Origin: Pseudomonadota bacterium
Lineage (GTDB): Bacteria; Myxococcota_A; UBA9160; UBA4427
Direction of reading: 5' to 3'
Length of the DNA: 64,000 nucleotides
Assembly (NCBI GenBank): GCA_027295775.1
Contig: JAPUKG010000007.1
Location: 276-64,275 of the forward strand
The notes beneath the pieces are model-generated. The model did not search any database. It was given only the letters and a program-made list of their open reading frames with translations, and was not told the DNA's origin. Position 1 is the first letter of the stretch; the number at the start of each line of letters is the position of its first letter. Positions 9,663 to 19,400 of this stretch are shown here, in pieces. Position numbers and translations under genes: made by a program.

Positions 9663-10744
9663 GCGGGCGAGGGGAGCCGCGCCTCCAGCCAGTCGAGCAG
9701 GCCCTCGGGATCCTCCAGCTCCAGGTCGACGACGAGGACGCGCAGGTCAGCGCCGCGCAGCCAGGTGGGAAGGATCTTGATGGCATCCTTCTGGGTGGTG
9801 AACCAGATCGGCACCTGACGCGCGAGACCACGCAGGTCGCGAGGCCGATAGACATGGTGATCGCGGAACAGGCGCTCGGCCACCACCTCGGCGCCCAGGG
9901 ACTCGAGAGTGGCGCGGAAGCTCGCGGGCCGGGCGATCGCCGCCAGCATTCCCACCCGCGCGCCGCGCAGGGTTTCGAGGGAGCTCTCCTCGACGGGCAC
10001 GCGGCCGGACGCTTGCAGCGAGCGCACACCCCGCGGTCGCCGCCGGCCGCGAAAGCGGAACGCGTCCGGCGCGAGCCGCGTGACGCGATCCCGGTCGGTG
10101 TCGCCGAGCGGGCCGGCGAGGACGCCCACGGCGTGAGCGCGGGAGAGCGCTTCGGGGCACTCGCGCAGGGGGCCGCGGGGCAGCACCCGGCCGTTCCCCA
10201 GACCGAGTCGCCCGTCTATGGTCACCACCTCCACATCTCGGGCCAGGCGGTGATGGTGGAAGCCGTCGTCCAGCACCAGGACCTGCGCCGAGAACGCCGA
10301 GATGGCGCGCAGCCCCACCACCGCGCGATCGCGGCCGACCAGCACGGGACCCCGCGGAGCGCCCCCGGCCAGCAGCATCGCCTCGTCGCCGGCGACGGCG
10401 GGACCGGCGTGGACCCTGTAACCGTCGGAGACGACGGTCACAGCCTCGCGCGCGGCGCCCCGGTAGCCGCGGCTTGCCAGCGCCACCCGGTGACCGCGGC
10501 GGGACAGGCCCGCGGCCAGCCAGGACGCCAGCGGAGTCTTGCCCGAGCCGCCGACGGCGAGACCGCCCACGCTCACCACACGGCACGGAAGCCGCCGCGC
10601 GTCCAGCCAGCCGCGCTCGTAGAGCCGGCGGTGCAACCGGGCGCCGCCGGCGTAGCAGAGCGCCAGCGGCGCGAGCGGGGAGAGCGCCGCTCGTTGCCAG
10701 CCGCGCTCGCACCCCGCCTCCCACTCCCACCAGGGGATCCGCAT
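9632..10744 (-). CDS. lpxK: Tetraacyldisaccharide 4'-kinase
   Basis: Trimmed from the 691-aa track ORF to MRIPWWEW...VVSVGGLAVGGSGKTPLASWLA (LpxK P-loop)...LDDGFHHHRL. TGATG junction with the waaA stop. Confidence 0.9.
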   Translation of the reverse strand: MRIPWWEWEAGCERGWQRAALSPLAPLALCYAGGARLHRRLYERGWLDARRLPCRVVSVGGLAVGGSGKTPLASWLAAGLSRRGHRVALASRGYRGAAREAVTVVSDGYRVHAGPAVAGDEAMLLAGGAPRGPVLVGRDRAVVGLRAISAFSAQVLVLDDGFHHHRLARDVEVVTIDGRLGLGNGRVLPRGPLRECPEALSRAHAVGVLAGPLGDTDRDRVTRLAPDAFRFRGRRRPRGVRSLQASGRVPVEESSLETLRGARVGMLAAIARPASFRATLESLGAEVVAERLFRDHHVYRPRDLRGLARQVPIWFTTQKDAIKILPTWLRGADLRVLVVDLELEDPEGLLDWLEARLPSPAQEVPFSTSS

Positions 10745-12024
10745 CAGCCCAGGTCGGGGTTCCGGCCCCGACTCCGCCCGATCTGCGCCTCCACCAGGGC
10801 GACGCTCCGCTCGACGCTCCCCTGGTGACGCGAAAGTGCCTCGCGACCGCGCGCCGCGCGCGCCGCCGCATCGGCGGGAGACGCCAGCAGCCTCACGGCC
10901 TCGGCGACCAGTCGGTCGGCGTTCTCGACCCGGAGTCCCGCGCCCGCCTCCTCCAGGATTCGCGCCGGCTCGCGCACGTGGGCCAGCTCCGGCCCGAACA
11001 GGACCGGGCTTCCCGCCTGGACCGGCTCGAGCACGTTGTGACCGCCCACCGGGACGAGGGTCCCGCCGACGAAGGCCACGGTCGCCCGGGCGTATACGGC
11101 CGGCAGCTCGCCGAGGCTGTCGAGGAGCAGAATCTCGCCGGGGGCGAGGGGCGGCTCCGACGCGCCGAGCCGGCTGCGGAGGCGCACGCGCTGTCCGGAC
11201 TCCGCCAGCTCCTTCGCCAGGGGCTCCCCGCGGCTCGGCCGACGCGGCGCCAGCACCAGAGAGGCGGCCACGCCCACCCGCTCGCACGCGGACAGCACGC
11301 CCAGGACGGCGCGCTCTTCGCCGGGATGGGTGCTGCCGGCGACCAGGATCGCTCCGCCCGCCAGGACCGCGGCCAGATCGGCGGCCAGCGGCTCGCCGTC
11401 GGCAGCGCAGTCGAGCTTGAGGTCGCCGGTGACGAGAATCCGCTCGGGCGGAACGCCCAGGCTCCGGTAGCGCTGCGCATCCTCGTCGCTCCGCGCCCCC
11501 ACGGCGTCCAGCGCCGCGAAGCTGCGACCCAGGAGCGGGCGCGCCAACCGGTACCGGCGCAGGCTCCGGTCCGAGATCCGGCCGGAGACGACGGCGATCG
11601 GGATCCCGCGTCGGCGGGCGGCGGCAAGCCAGACGGGCCAGATCTCGGTCTCCACCAACACCAGGCACGCGGGACGCACCCGACCGAGCGCCCGCTCGAC
11701 GCACCACGGGTGATCGAGTGGGGCCAGGGCCGATGGAACCGCGGGCAGTGTCGCGCGCAGACGCATCCGCCCGTCGCTGCTGGTCGTCGACGCGAACACG
11801 GGAAGCCCGCGCCGCTCCAGCCGCTCGACCAGGCGGCGCGCGGCGGCGACCTCGCCGACGCTCGCCGCGTGCACCCAGATCCGCCCTGGGGTCGGCGGAC
11901 GAACTCCGCCCAGGCGCTCTCCCACGCCGATCCGCCAGCGGGGGCGCACGGCCAGCGCCACCGCGCCGACGGGAAGCAGGACGGCTCCGCTGACGGCGGC
12001 GACGCTGTGCGCGAGGGGGCGCAA
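10744..12024 (-). CDS. waaA: 3-deoxy-D-manno-octulosonic acid (Kdo) transferase
   Basis: Motifs IWVHAASVGEV, ETEIWP, GGTLVPVGGHNVLEP. Start is uncertain. TTG 12024 is proposed because it lies just after the lpxB stop and gives 426 aa, close to the ~425 aa I recall for E. coli WaaA. The track start 12267 would overlap lpxB by 227 nt. Confidence 0.85.
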   Translation of the reverse strand: MRPLAHSVAAVSGAVLLPVGAVALAVRPRWRIGVGERLGGVRPPTPGRIWVHAASVGEVAAARRLVERLERRGLPVFASTTSSDGRMRLRATLPAVPSALAPLDHPWCVERALGRVRPACLVLVETEIWPVWLAAARRRGIPIAVVSGRISDRSLRRYRLARPLLGRSFAALDAVGARSDEDAQRYRSLGVPPERILVTGDLKLDCAADGEPLAADLAAVLAGGAILVAGSTHPGEERAVLGVLSACERVGVAASLVLAPRRPSRGEPLAKELAESGQRVRLRSRLGASEPPLAPGEILLLDSLGELPAVYARATVAFVGGTLVPVGGHNVLEPVQAGSPVLFGPELAHVREPARILEEAGAGLRVENADRLVAEAVRLLASPADAAARAARGREALSRHQGSVERSVALVEAQIGRSRGRNPDLG

Positions 12025-12040
12025 GAACCGTCTCCAGCGC

Positions 12041-13210
12041 CTAGGCCCGGGGTGGCCCGAGCATCTTCTCCGCGAGACCGGCGGCGCGCTCGGCGGCACC
12101 GCCCTCACCGAGCTTGTCCGCCACCTCGCGGAGTCGAGCGAGCTGCTCGCGCCGGACGGGCCCGGCCAGAAGGGCGAGCAGCGCGTCGGCCATCGCGTCG
12201 GGCCGGGCGTCGTCCTGCAGGAATTCGGGCACCACGCTCTTGCCGGCGATGAGGTTCGGCATGGCAAAGGCGGGCACCCGGACGGCGCGGCGCAGGACCG
12301 CCGCGGTGAGCGCGTTCACCCGACCCATCACCACCATGGGGCGCTCGAGCAGGGTGACCTCGACTGTCACGCTCCCGGGCTTGGCCAGCACCGTGTCCGC
12401 GGCGCGGATCGCCAGGGGCGTCCGGCCCTCCACCACGACGAGACGCAGAAGCTCCGGCAGCGCGGCCCGGCGCACGATCGCATCGACGCGCGCGCGCTCG
12501 ATCGAGGGAGCCAGCGCCAGTACGAAGGCGGCGCCAGGCGTCCGCGCGTGCACGCGCCGGGCGGTCTCGAGCTGGAGCGGAAGTTGGTGGTCGATCTCGT
12601 TCCGCCGGCTCCCCGGGAGCAGCGCGATCCACCGCGCCTCGGGATCGAGACCAAGCAGGGCGCGGGCGCTCCGGGCATCCCACTGCTCGCGCAGCGCGCG
12701 CATCCGGTCCACGAGGGGGTGGCCCACGAACTCCACGGTCAGGCCGGTACCGGCGTAGACCTCCGGCTCGAACGGAAAGATCACCGCCAGCCGGTCGACC
12801 CGGCGGGCGAGCTTGCGGATCCGGCCGGGCCGCCAGGCCCAGACCTGGGGGGCCACGTAGAACAGGATCGGCGCGCTCGAACGCCTGCGCACCCGCGCGG
12901 CGAATGGAAGGTTGAAGCCCCCGGAATCCACGAGCACGACGAGATCGGGACGTGCGCGGTCGAGCGCGGTGCCCATGCGGCGCCACGCTCGGGCGATCCG
13001 GGGCGCGCTCCGCCCGAGCTCGAAGAGCCCGCCCACCGCGAGCTCGTCTTGCGCCACGGCCAGCTCGACGCCGGCGCGCCGCATCGCCGGACCGCCGAGC
13101 CCGACGAACCGGGCCCCGGGTCGGCGCTGCCGGAAGGCCCGCACCAGCTCCGCCGCGTGATCGTCCCCCGACACATCGCCCGCGGAGAGCAGGAGCGTGG
13201 GCGAACTCAT
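12041..13210 (-). CDS. lpxB: Lipid-A-disaccharide synthase
   Basis: Trimmed from the 855-aa track ORF to MSSPTLLLSAGDVSGDDHAAELV...FYVAPQVWAWRPGRI...LLPGSRRNEI (LpxB motifs). ATGA overlap with the upstream oxidoreductase stop. Confidence 0.92.
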   Translation of the reverse strand: MSSPTLLLSAGDVSGDDHAAELVRAFRQRRPGARFVGLGGPAMRRAGVELAVAQDELAVGGLFELGRSAPRIARAWRRMGTALDRARPDLVVLVDSGGFNLPFAARVRRRSSAPILFYVAPQVWAWRPGRIRKLARRVDRLAVIFPFEPEVYAGTGLTVEFVGHPLVDRMRALREQWDARSARALLGLDPEARWIALLPGSRRNEIDHQLPLQLETARRVHARTPGAAFVLALAPSIERARVDAIVRRAALPELLRLVVVEGRTPLAIRAADTVLAKPGSVTVEVTLLERPMVVMGRVNALTAAVLRRAVRVPAFAMPNLIAGKSVVPEFLQDDARPDAMADALLALLAGPVRREQLARLREVADKLGEGGAAERAAGLAEKMLGPPRA

Positions 13211-14187
13211 GCGAGCTGGTCCGCGGCTGGCATGGCGTCGATCACGCGGAGGGCGGTGCGCAGGGCGCCACAGGCCCCGCCCGGCGACCCGGGCCCGTTG
13301 GCGGGCGACGGCTTCCGGGTGCGCACAGATTGCAGGAAGCTCCGGAGCTGGGCCTCCATGGCATCGGTCGGATCCACGTCGAGCGTCTCCACCTCGATCT
13401 CGCGGGCGTCGGCCCCGGACTCCCCGTCTCCCGTGCGACGGCGGAGCACCAGCGCGGACTGCTCCAGGAAGTCGATCGAGAAGTAGCCGTCGGTCTGGAA
13501 GAAGCGGAGCTTGCGCATGGGGGTCGGCGTTACGCGGCTCGCGGTCAGGTTGGCGACGCAGCCACCGGGATAGGTTACTCGGGCGTTGGCGATATCGACG
13601 CTTTCGCTCAGCACCGACACGCCAATCGCTTCGACCCGGACGGGCTCCTCGCCCAGGATCTGCTGGATGATGTCGAGGTCGTGGATCATCAGGTCCCGGA
13701 CCACGTCGATGTCCGTGGCGCGGTCCGGGAACGGACCCAGCCGGTGCGCCTCCACGAAGCGGGGCCGCTGGATGCGCTCCCGGATCACCTGCATGGCCGG
13801 GTTGTACCACTCGAGGTGGCCGACCTGGAGAATGCGGCCACCCTCGTGGGCCAGCTTGAGCAGGTCGTCGGCCTCGCCCAGGTCGGCGGCGATGGGCTTC
13901 TCGACCAGGACGTCGCAGCCCGCCGCCAGGACCTCGCGCACGACCGGATGGTGATCGACGGTCGGCACGGCCACGATGACGGCGTCGCTCTCCGCGAGGA
14001 GCTCGCCGAAACGGCCCGTCGCCGGCACGCCCAGCTCCTCCGCCAGCGCACGGGCGCGCGCGGCATCGGCATCGGCGACACCCGCCAGCGTCACCTCCGC
14101 GCCCCCGTTGCCCAGAGCCGAGACCTTCTCGGCATGGAGGCGCCCCATGTGACCCGCCCCGACCACGGCGATGCGCAGCGCGCTCAA
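13207..14187 (-). CDS. Gfo/Idh/MocA-family NAD(P)-dependent oxidoreductase embedded in the lipid A operon
   Basis: Rossmann N-terminus (M)SALRIAVVGAGHMGRLHAEK and the EKP motif (DVLVEKPIA). The TTG start at 14187 overlaps the lpxI stop (TTGA). Confidence 0.85.
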   Translation of the reverse strand: MSALRIAVVGAGHMGRLHAEKVSALGNGGAEVTLAGVADADAARARALAEELGVPATGRFGELLAESDAVIVAVPTVDHHPVVREVLAAGCDVLVEKPIAADLGEADDLLKLAHEGGRILQVGHLEWYNPAMQVIRERIQRPRFVEAHRLGPFPDRATDIDVVRDLMIHDLDIIQQILGEEPVRVEAIGVSVLSESVDIANARVTYPGGCVANLTASRVTPTPMRKLRFFQTDGYFSIDFLEQSALVLRRRTGDGESGADAREIEVETLDVDPTDAMEAQLRSFLQSVRTRKPSPANGPGSPGGACGALRTALRVIDAMPAADQLA

Positions 14188-15038
14188 ATCGGCTCCTCCG
14201 GGGTCGGCGGTTCCGGCCCCGTAGCAGCGAACCCGAGCAGGGCGATGCCGGCGGCGTCCGCCCGCCGGACCACTTCGCCCCGCTCGAGCAGCACGGTCTT
14301 GCCGGCTTCGAAAGCGAGCATCGCTGCCTGCACCTCCTCCAGGACCTCCAGGGTACCCGGACCGATGGCGGGCAGGTCGAATCGCGGATCCTGGCCCGCC
14401 ATGGACACCTTGACCACGCAGACCCCGGGACCCGCCAGGGCAGCTCCGCGCCGGATGGCCTCGTCGGTGCCCTCGAGGGCCTCGAGGGCGACGACGGCCC
14501 GCTCGCGCACCACCACCGTCTGCCCCACGCCCTGGGTCGCCAGGGTCTTGGCGATCGCCCAGCCGAAGGCGGCGTCGCCCAGCTGCGCCGGCGAGGCGTC
14601 CACGGCACCCTGGGGCCCGGGCGCGGCCATCAGCTCCGGAACGAGCTCGGCCTGGGGCAGGAGCCGGATGCCCCGGTTCTCGAGCAGGGCGGCCAGGGCG
14701 CCGAGGTTCGACGCGTCTCGCCGGTCGCGCAGGCTCTCGACCAGCTCGAGGGCCAACGCGTCGGGCCGGTGGCGGGCGGGGTCTCCGTACAGGTGCAGCT
14801 TGGGCACCTTGCCGGCCATCACGACTTCGCACGCTCCAGCAGCGCGCAGGGTCTCGACCAGGGTGCCCACCTGTCCCAGGTGCAGCCACGAGAGCTCGTC
14901 GACCTCGGCGGCCAGGGCCGGGCTCGACAGCTCGCGAAACGCCACGGCCACCACGCGCCTGCCGCGCCGGCGGGCGGCCCGGGCGATCTCGATGGGAAAG
15001 CGGCCGTCGCCGGCGATCAGGCCCAGGGGATCCGCCAC
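14184..15038 (-). CDS. lpxI: UDP-2,3-diacylglucosamine diphosphatase LpxI (DUF1009)
   Basis: 284 aa. MADPLGLIAGDGRFPIEIA... and ...GVGQTVVVRERAVVALEALEGTDEAIRRG...KVSMAGQDPRFDLPAIG match the LpxI family pattern. Located between lpxA and lpxB. Confidence 0.85.
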   Translation of the reverse strand: MADPLGLIAGDGRFPIEIARAARRRGRRVVAVAFRELSSPALAAEVDELSWLHLGQVGTLVETLRAAGACEVVMAGKVPKLHLYGDPARHRPDALALELVESLRDRRDASNLGALAALLENRGIRLLPQAELVPELMAAPGPQGAVDASPAQLGDAAFGWAIAKTLATQGVGQTVVVRERAVVALEALEGTDEAIRRGAALAGPGVCVVKVSMAGQDPRFDLPAIGPGTLEVLEEVQAAMLAFEAGKTVLLERGEVVRRADAAGIALLGFAATGPEPPTPEEPI

Positions 15039-15059
15039 GGCGGTCGATCGCTCCCAGCG

Positions 15060-15836
15060 CTAGCGGCAGACGCCGCGCTCGGACTTCTCCACGAAACGAA
15101 CCAGCCGCTCTACCTCGGGCGAGTCCTGGATCTCCTCGCGCACCCGGGCCAGGGCAGGCTCGAGGCGAAGTCGCGACTGGAAGAGGATGTGGAAGGCGCG
15201 CTTGATCCGCGCGATGGCTTCCCGATCGAGGTCCCGCCGCCGCAGGCCCACGCTGTTCACGCCCGCCAGCCTCGCCCGATCGCCCGCGACCAGGGAGAAG
15301 GGCGGCGCGTCCAGGGAGAGCTTCGCGTTGGAGGCCGCCATCACCGATTCCCCGATTCGGCAGAACTGATGCACGCCGGTGTAGGCGCCGAGCACCGCGA
15401 AGTCGTCGACGAGCACGTGCCCCGCCAGGCCGCAGAAGCTGGCCACGATGCAGTGGGAGCCGATCTGGCAGTCGTGGGCGATGTGGGCGGAGTTCATGAT
15501 CAGGTTGTCGTCACCGATCCGGGTGCAGCCCCCGCCCTTGGGTGTTCCCACGTGGAGCGTGGCGTGCTCGCGGATCACATTGTCCACGCCGATCTCGAGA
15601 CGCGTGGGCTCTCCGGCGAAGGTCTTGTCCTGGGGCTCCCCGCCGACGCACGCATACGGGAAGATGCGGCTCCGCGCACCGACCCGCGTGCGACCGATCA
15701 CCGAGGCGTGCGCGCCGATCTGCACGCTGGCCTCCAGCTCCACCTCCGCGCCGACCAGTGCGTAGGCGCCGATCTCGACGTCGTCGGCGAGCACCGCGCC
15801 GGCTTCGACGATCGCAGTGGGGTGGATGCCGGGCAT
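15060..15836 (-). CDS. lpxA: Acyl-ACP--UDP-N-acetylglucosamine O-acyltransferase
   Basis: 258 aa. Left-handed beta-helix hexapeptide repeats from IHPTAIVEAGAVLADDVEIGAYALVG...; C-terminal LRRRDLDREAIARIKRAF helical domain. Confidence 0.95.
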   Translation of the reverse strand: MPGIHPTAIVEAGAVLADDVEIGAYALVGAEVELEASVQIGAHASVIGRTRVGARSRIFPYACVGGEPQDKTFAGEPTRLEIGVDNVIREHATLHVGTPKGGGCTRIGDDNLIMNSAHIAHDCQIGSHCIVASFCGLAGHVLVDDFAVLGAYTGVHQFCRIGESVMAASNAKLSLDAPPFSLVAGDRARLAGVNSVGLRRRDLDREAIARIKRAFHILFQSRLRLEPALARVREEIQDSPEVERLVRFVEKSERGVCR

Positions 15837-15851
15837 CGGTCCGTCCTCTCG

Positions 15852-16379
15852 TCAGCCCTTCTTGTCGAAGCTCTCGATGACCAGGTCCGTGATGTCGAGC
15901 GCCTCTCTCGTATACATCACACCCGGAGCGCCACGCAGGAGAATCAGCGAGAAGCCCTGGCTGCGTCCGATCTCCTCGACGATCTGGGCGAGCTTGGCGC
16001 GCAGGGGGCCCACCAGGCGCTCCCGGTCCACCTCGAGCTGGCCCTGGATCTCGCGGCGCTTGTTCTCGATCTGGTTGCGCAGCTCCGCCAGGTCGAGCTG
16101 CTTCTGGAACAGGGCATCGTCGGAGAGGACGAACCTCTTGGCCTCGTACTCCTTCAACAGCTCCTGGGCGCGCTCGTGCAGGGGCGCGAGCTTGGCCTCG
16201 GCCTCCCGCTTCTTGCGCTCGAACTCGTCCCGGGCCTTTTTGCCCTCGTCCGTGGAGCTCACCGCCTGGTCGAGATCGACGACTCCGATCTTGACTGCCG
16301 GCTCCGCGCCAAGGCCAACGGCCAGGATGGTTGCGACTCCCAGCACGGCGATCCATTTGTGGACGCTGTTGACTCGCAT
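15852..16379 (-). CDS. skp: OmpH/Skp periplasmic chaperone
   Basis: 175 aa. Signal peptide, then IGVVDLDQAV and long charged helices (KKARDEFERKKREAEAKL...). Position immediately downstream of bamA. Confidence 0.85.
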   Translation of the reverse strand: MRVNSVHKWIAVLGVATILAVGLGAEPAVKIGVVDLDQAVSSTDEGKKARDEFERKKREAEAKLAPLHERAQELLKEYEAKRFVLSDDALFQKQLDLAELRNQIENKRREIQGQLEVDRERLVGPLRAKLAQIVEEIGRSQGFSLILLRGAPGVMYTREALDITDLVIESFDKKG

Positions 16380-16437
16380 GTCTCGCTCCTCACCTCTTGC
16401 ACGGGCGTCGCCCGTGATTGGCTCCGCGAACCCTCTG

Positions 16438-19400
16438 TCAGAGTCCGAACCCGCCCACCGAGAACTCGAACACTGGACTGTCTTCCACGGGCAGGGCGTC
16501 GATGGGGAAGCCCAGGATCAGCTGCAGCGGGCCAAAGGGGGAGAACCAGAGTACTCCACCTCCTACACCGTAGCGCCACTCGGCGGGGTTAAACAGCTTG
16601 TTCCCGTCGCTCTCTGCGAACGCGTTGCCGCCGTCCACGAACACGACGCCCTGGAGGCCGATCTCCTCCGAGATCGGGAACCGGTACTCGAAGGTCGTGG
16701 AGATGAACGAGTTGCCGCCGATCACGTCGGTCTCGTTCAGGTCGTCGAAGTCGTCGATCTCCGAGTCGTCGAGATTGTTGCACTTCCCGTTGGCGTTGCC
16801 CTGGTTCGGGTTCCCGTTGTCCTGGAGCCGGTCGTTGCACACTGCAACCAGGCCGCCTCCCACCGGATTTGCTGCGAGCTGCGTGCCCACGGGATGAAAG
16901 AGCTGGCCGGTTCCCTGCAGGCCGCTGCGCTTCAGGATGGCCCGGCGCGGCCCCAGGGACCGCGCCCGGAAGCCCCGGAGCTGGAAGGTTCCGAGCCCGC
17001 CGAGGAAGTAGCGCTCGGTCAGGGGCAGCTCGATGTCGGTGTCGATCATGTTGAGCGCCGCCACGTTGTCGCAGCTGAACTCGTCACAGCCGCCCTCGGG
17101 GCCGGCCAGGAGATCGTAGTCGTCGATGGTGTTGAAGGGGATGGCGTAGCCCAGGCGGGCGCCGAACACGAAGGTCGAGCGATCGAACAGCCACCCGGGC
17201 GCGCCGAGGTACCAGCTGAAGCGCCCTTCGAAGCGCAGGAACTTGGAGAAGCCGCCCAGGCCAGCGTACTCCACCGTCGCCCCGTAGGTGGTGCCCGATG
17301 TGGGCGCGAAGCGATCGTCCCGGGTGTCGCTCTGGAAGGAGAGGCCGACCAGGCTCGTGCTCTCGACGCCCTGGAAGAGCTCCCGGAACAGCACCGCGGA
17401 GGTGTTGACGTTCTGGGACTGGCTGATCTCCCGGTTCGAGTAGCTGTAGCGCAGGAAGCCCCGGGCGGTGTTGTCCTCGCGCAGCGAGTGACCCAGGCTG
17501 ATGTCGACGCCCCGCCGGTCCTGGTTGAAGTCCTGGAAGCGGACGCTGGTGAGGAAGACGCTCATCCCCAGGCTGAAGGTGCTGCCCAGAAAGTAGGGAT
17601 CGTTGAAGCTGAAGGAGAACCGGTTCGTGCTGCCGCCGATGTCGGCGGACAGGCTGGTGGCGTAGCCGCGGCCGAAGAGATTCTGCTGGGACAGGGACGC
17701 CGTGAAGACGAAGCGGTCCTGGGACGAGAACCCGGCGCCGAAGCTGAAGGACCCGGTGGGCCGCTCGACCACGTTCACGTCCAGGTCCAGCTGCGATGGG
17801 TCCTCGGTGGGCCGCGGCTCGAATGCCACGTCCTCGAAGTAGCCGAGTCGACGAATGCGGCGGGTGCTGAGCTGGATCGCCCGAGCCGAGTAGAGCTGAC
17901 CCTCCACCGCCTTCATCTCGCGCCGGATCACCCTGTCGACGGTGCGGGTGTTGCCGGAGATGTCGACGTGACGGATGAAGTAGAGGGGCCCCTTCTCTAC
18001 CCGGAACTCCACGTCCACCTTCAGGGCGTCCGGATCGAGCTTCGTCAGGGGCTGGATGCTCGCGAAGTAGAAGCCCCGATCCGTGTAGAACTCCTCGAGC
18101 TCCTGCACGTCCTCGGTAAGGAATGAGCGGTTGAAGATGTCGCCGCTCTCCAGCTTCAGCTTCTCGCGCAGGAGCTCGAAGTCCGCCGTCTCGTCCCCGG
18201 CGATATCGATGATACCGACACTGTACTGGTCGCCCTCCACGATCGGGACCGTCACCACCAGGCGATCTTCCAGGGCCTCGACGTCGGGCTGGCCGACCTC
18301 CACCTGGAGGTAGCCGTTGTCGGTGTAGAGCTTCTCCACCTTGCGCAGGTCCTGGATGAAGAGGGGCTCCGAGTAGGTGCCCGACTTGTCGAACCAGCTC
18401 GTGGCCCAGGACCACCAGCGCCAGCGCTTGGTGGCGAAGCCCTTGCGGAGCTCCCCGGCGTCGAAGGCCTCGATCCCGGAGAACGCGACCTCGCGCAGGC
18501 GGAGCTTCTTGTTCTCCTCCACCTCGAAGTTGACCGCCACCGATCCCGGCGCCAGGGCCTGGATCTCGTAGCTGACCTTGGCCAGGTAGTAGCCGTCCGC
18601 CCGGTACAGAGCCTCGATCCGCTGGGTGTTCTCGTGGAGCAGCGGGTAGTCGAGGGTCGAGCCCGTGGTCAGGGTCAACGCGTCCCGGACCTGCTCGCTG
18701 TCGATATTCTCGTTGCCGGCGATGGCGATCTGCCGCACCACCGGGTTCTCCTCGACCTCGAAGATCAGGATCGTGCCGTCGGGCCCGTCCTCGGCCAGGA
18801 CCCGGACGTTGCGGAAGAATCCGAGCGAGAACACCTCCCGGACATCGGCGGCGAGCTGGGCGGGGCGGAGGTTCTCGCCCGCGCGAGTGCGGATGCGGCT
18901 CTTGATCGCGTCGGCTTCGATGCGCCGATTCCCGCGGATCTCGATCTTGGCAACGATCTCTCCCTCGGGCTCGAAGCTGGTGCCGCCGAAGATCATCTCG
19001 GCGCGGAGCACGCGGAAGCGCACGCGGACGCCCGACGGGCTCCGCTCGGTCTCGACCGTCGTGCTGGCCACGCTCGGGTGGGCGGTCAGGCGCTCGGCGT
19101 CGGCCTGGGCCACGTCCGGGTTGTAGGTCGCGCCGACCTCGGTCTCGAGCTCGCTGCGCAGATCCTCCTGGAGGTCGCCGGCACCGGCGATCTCGACCTC
19201 GAGCACCGGCCCGGGACCACCCTCGCGGAGACTCGCCGCCGCCCGGTCTGCCACCTCCGCCACCCGGCCGAGGAGCGCCTCTTCGCTGCTCGCTGTGAAC
19301 ACGATGGTGCGACTTCTCTGGGCGGGTGCGACGGGCACGACCCGCACGTCCAGACTGAAGCGCCCCGCCAGCTCGGTGAGACTGCCGGTGATGACCGCAT

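Noticed and set aside
12041-14608. Over-long track ORFs suggesting fusion proteins. Examples: the 855-aa 'LpxB'; 9632-11707 'LpxK'; 13207-14889; 5435-7081; 31886-33361; 36391-37722; 51679-53526; 52161-53675.
   Set aside because: The N-terminal portions run through the upstream gene in a different frame and translate to Arg/Pro/Gly-rich nonsense. Internal starts that coincide with ATGA/GTGA/TTGA overlaps give family-typical N-termini and lengths.
16726-17094. Cys-containing, Asn/Asp-rich insertion in the BamA barrel (GGCDEFSC...VCNDRLQDNGNPNQGNANGKCNNLDDSEIDDFDD), with locally lower GC.
   Set aside because: It follows the conserved L6 RGF motif. It corresponds to the long extracellular loop 6 region, which also carries a Cys pair and acidic residues in E. 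coli BamA. I read it as a lineage-specific loop expansion, not a foreign insert.
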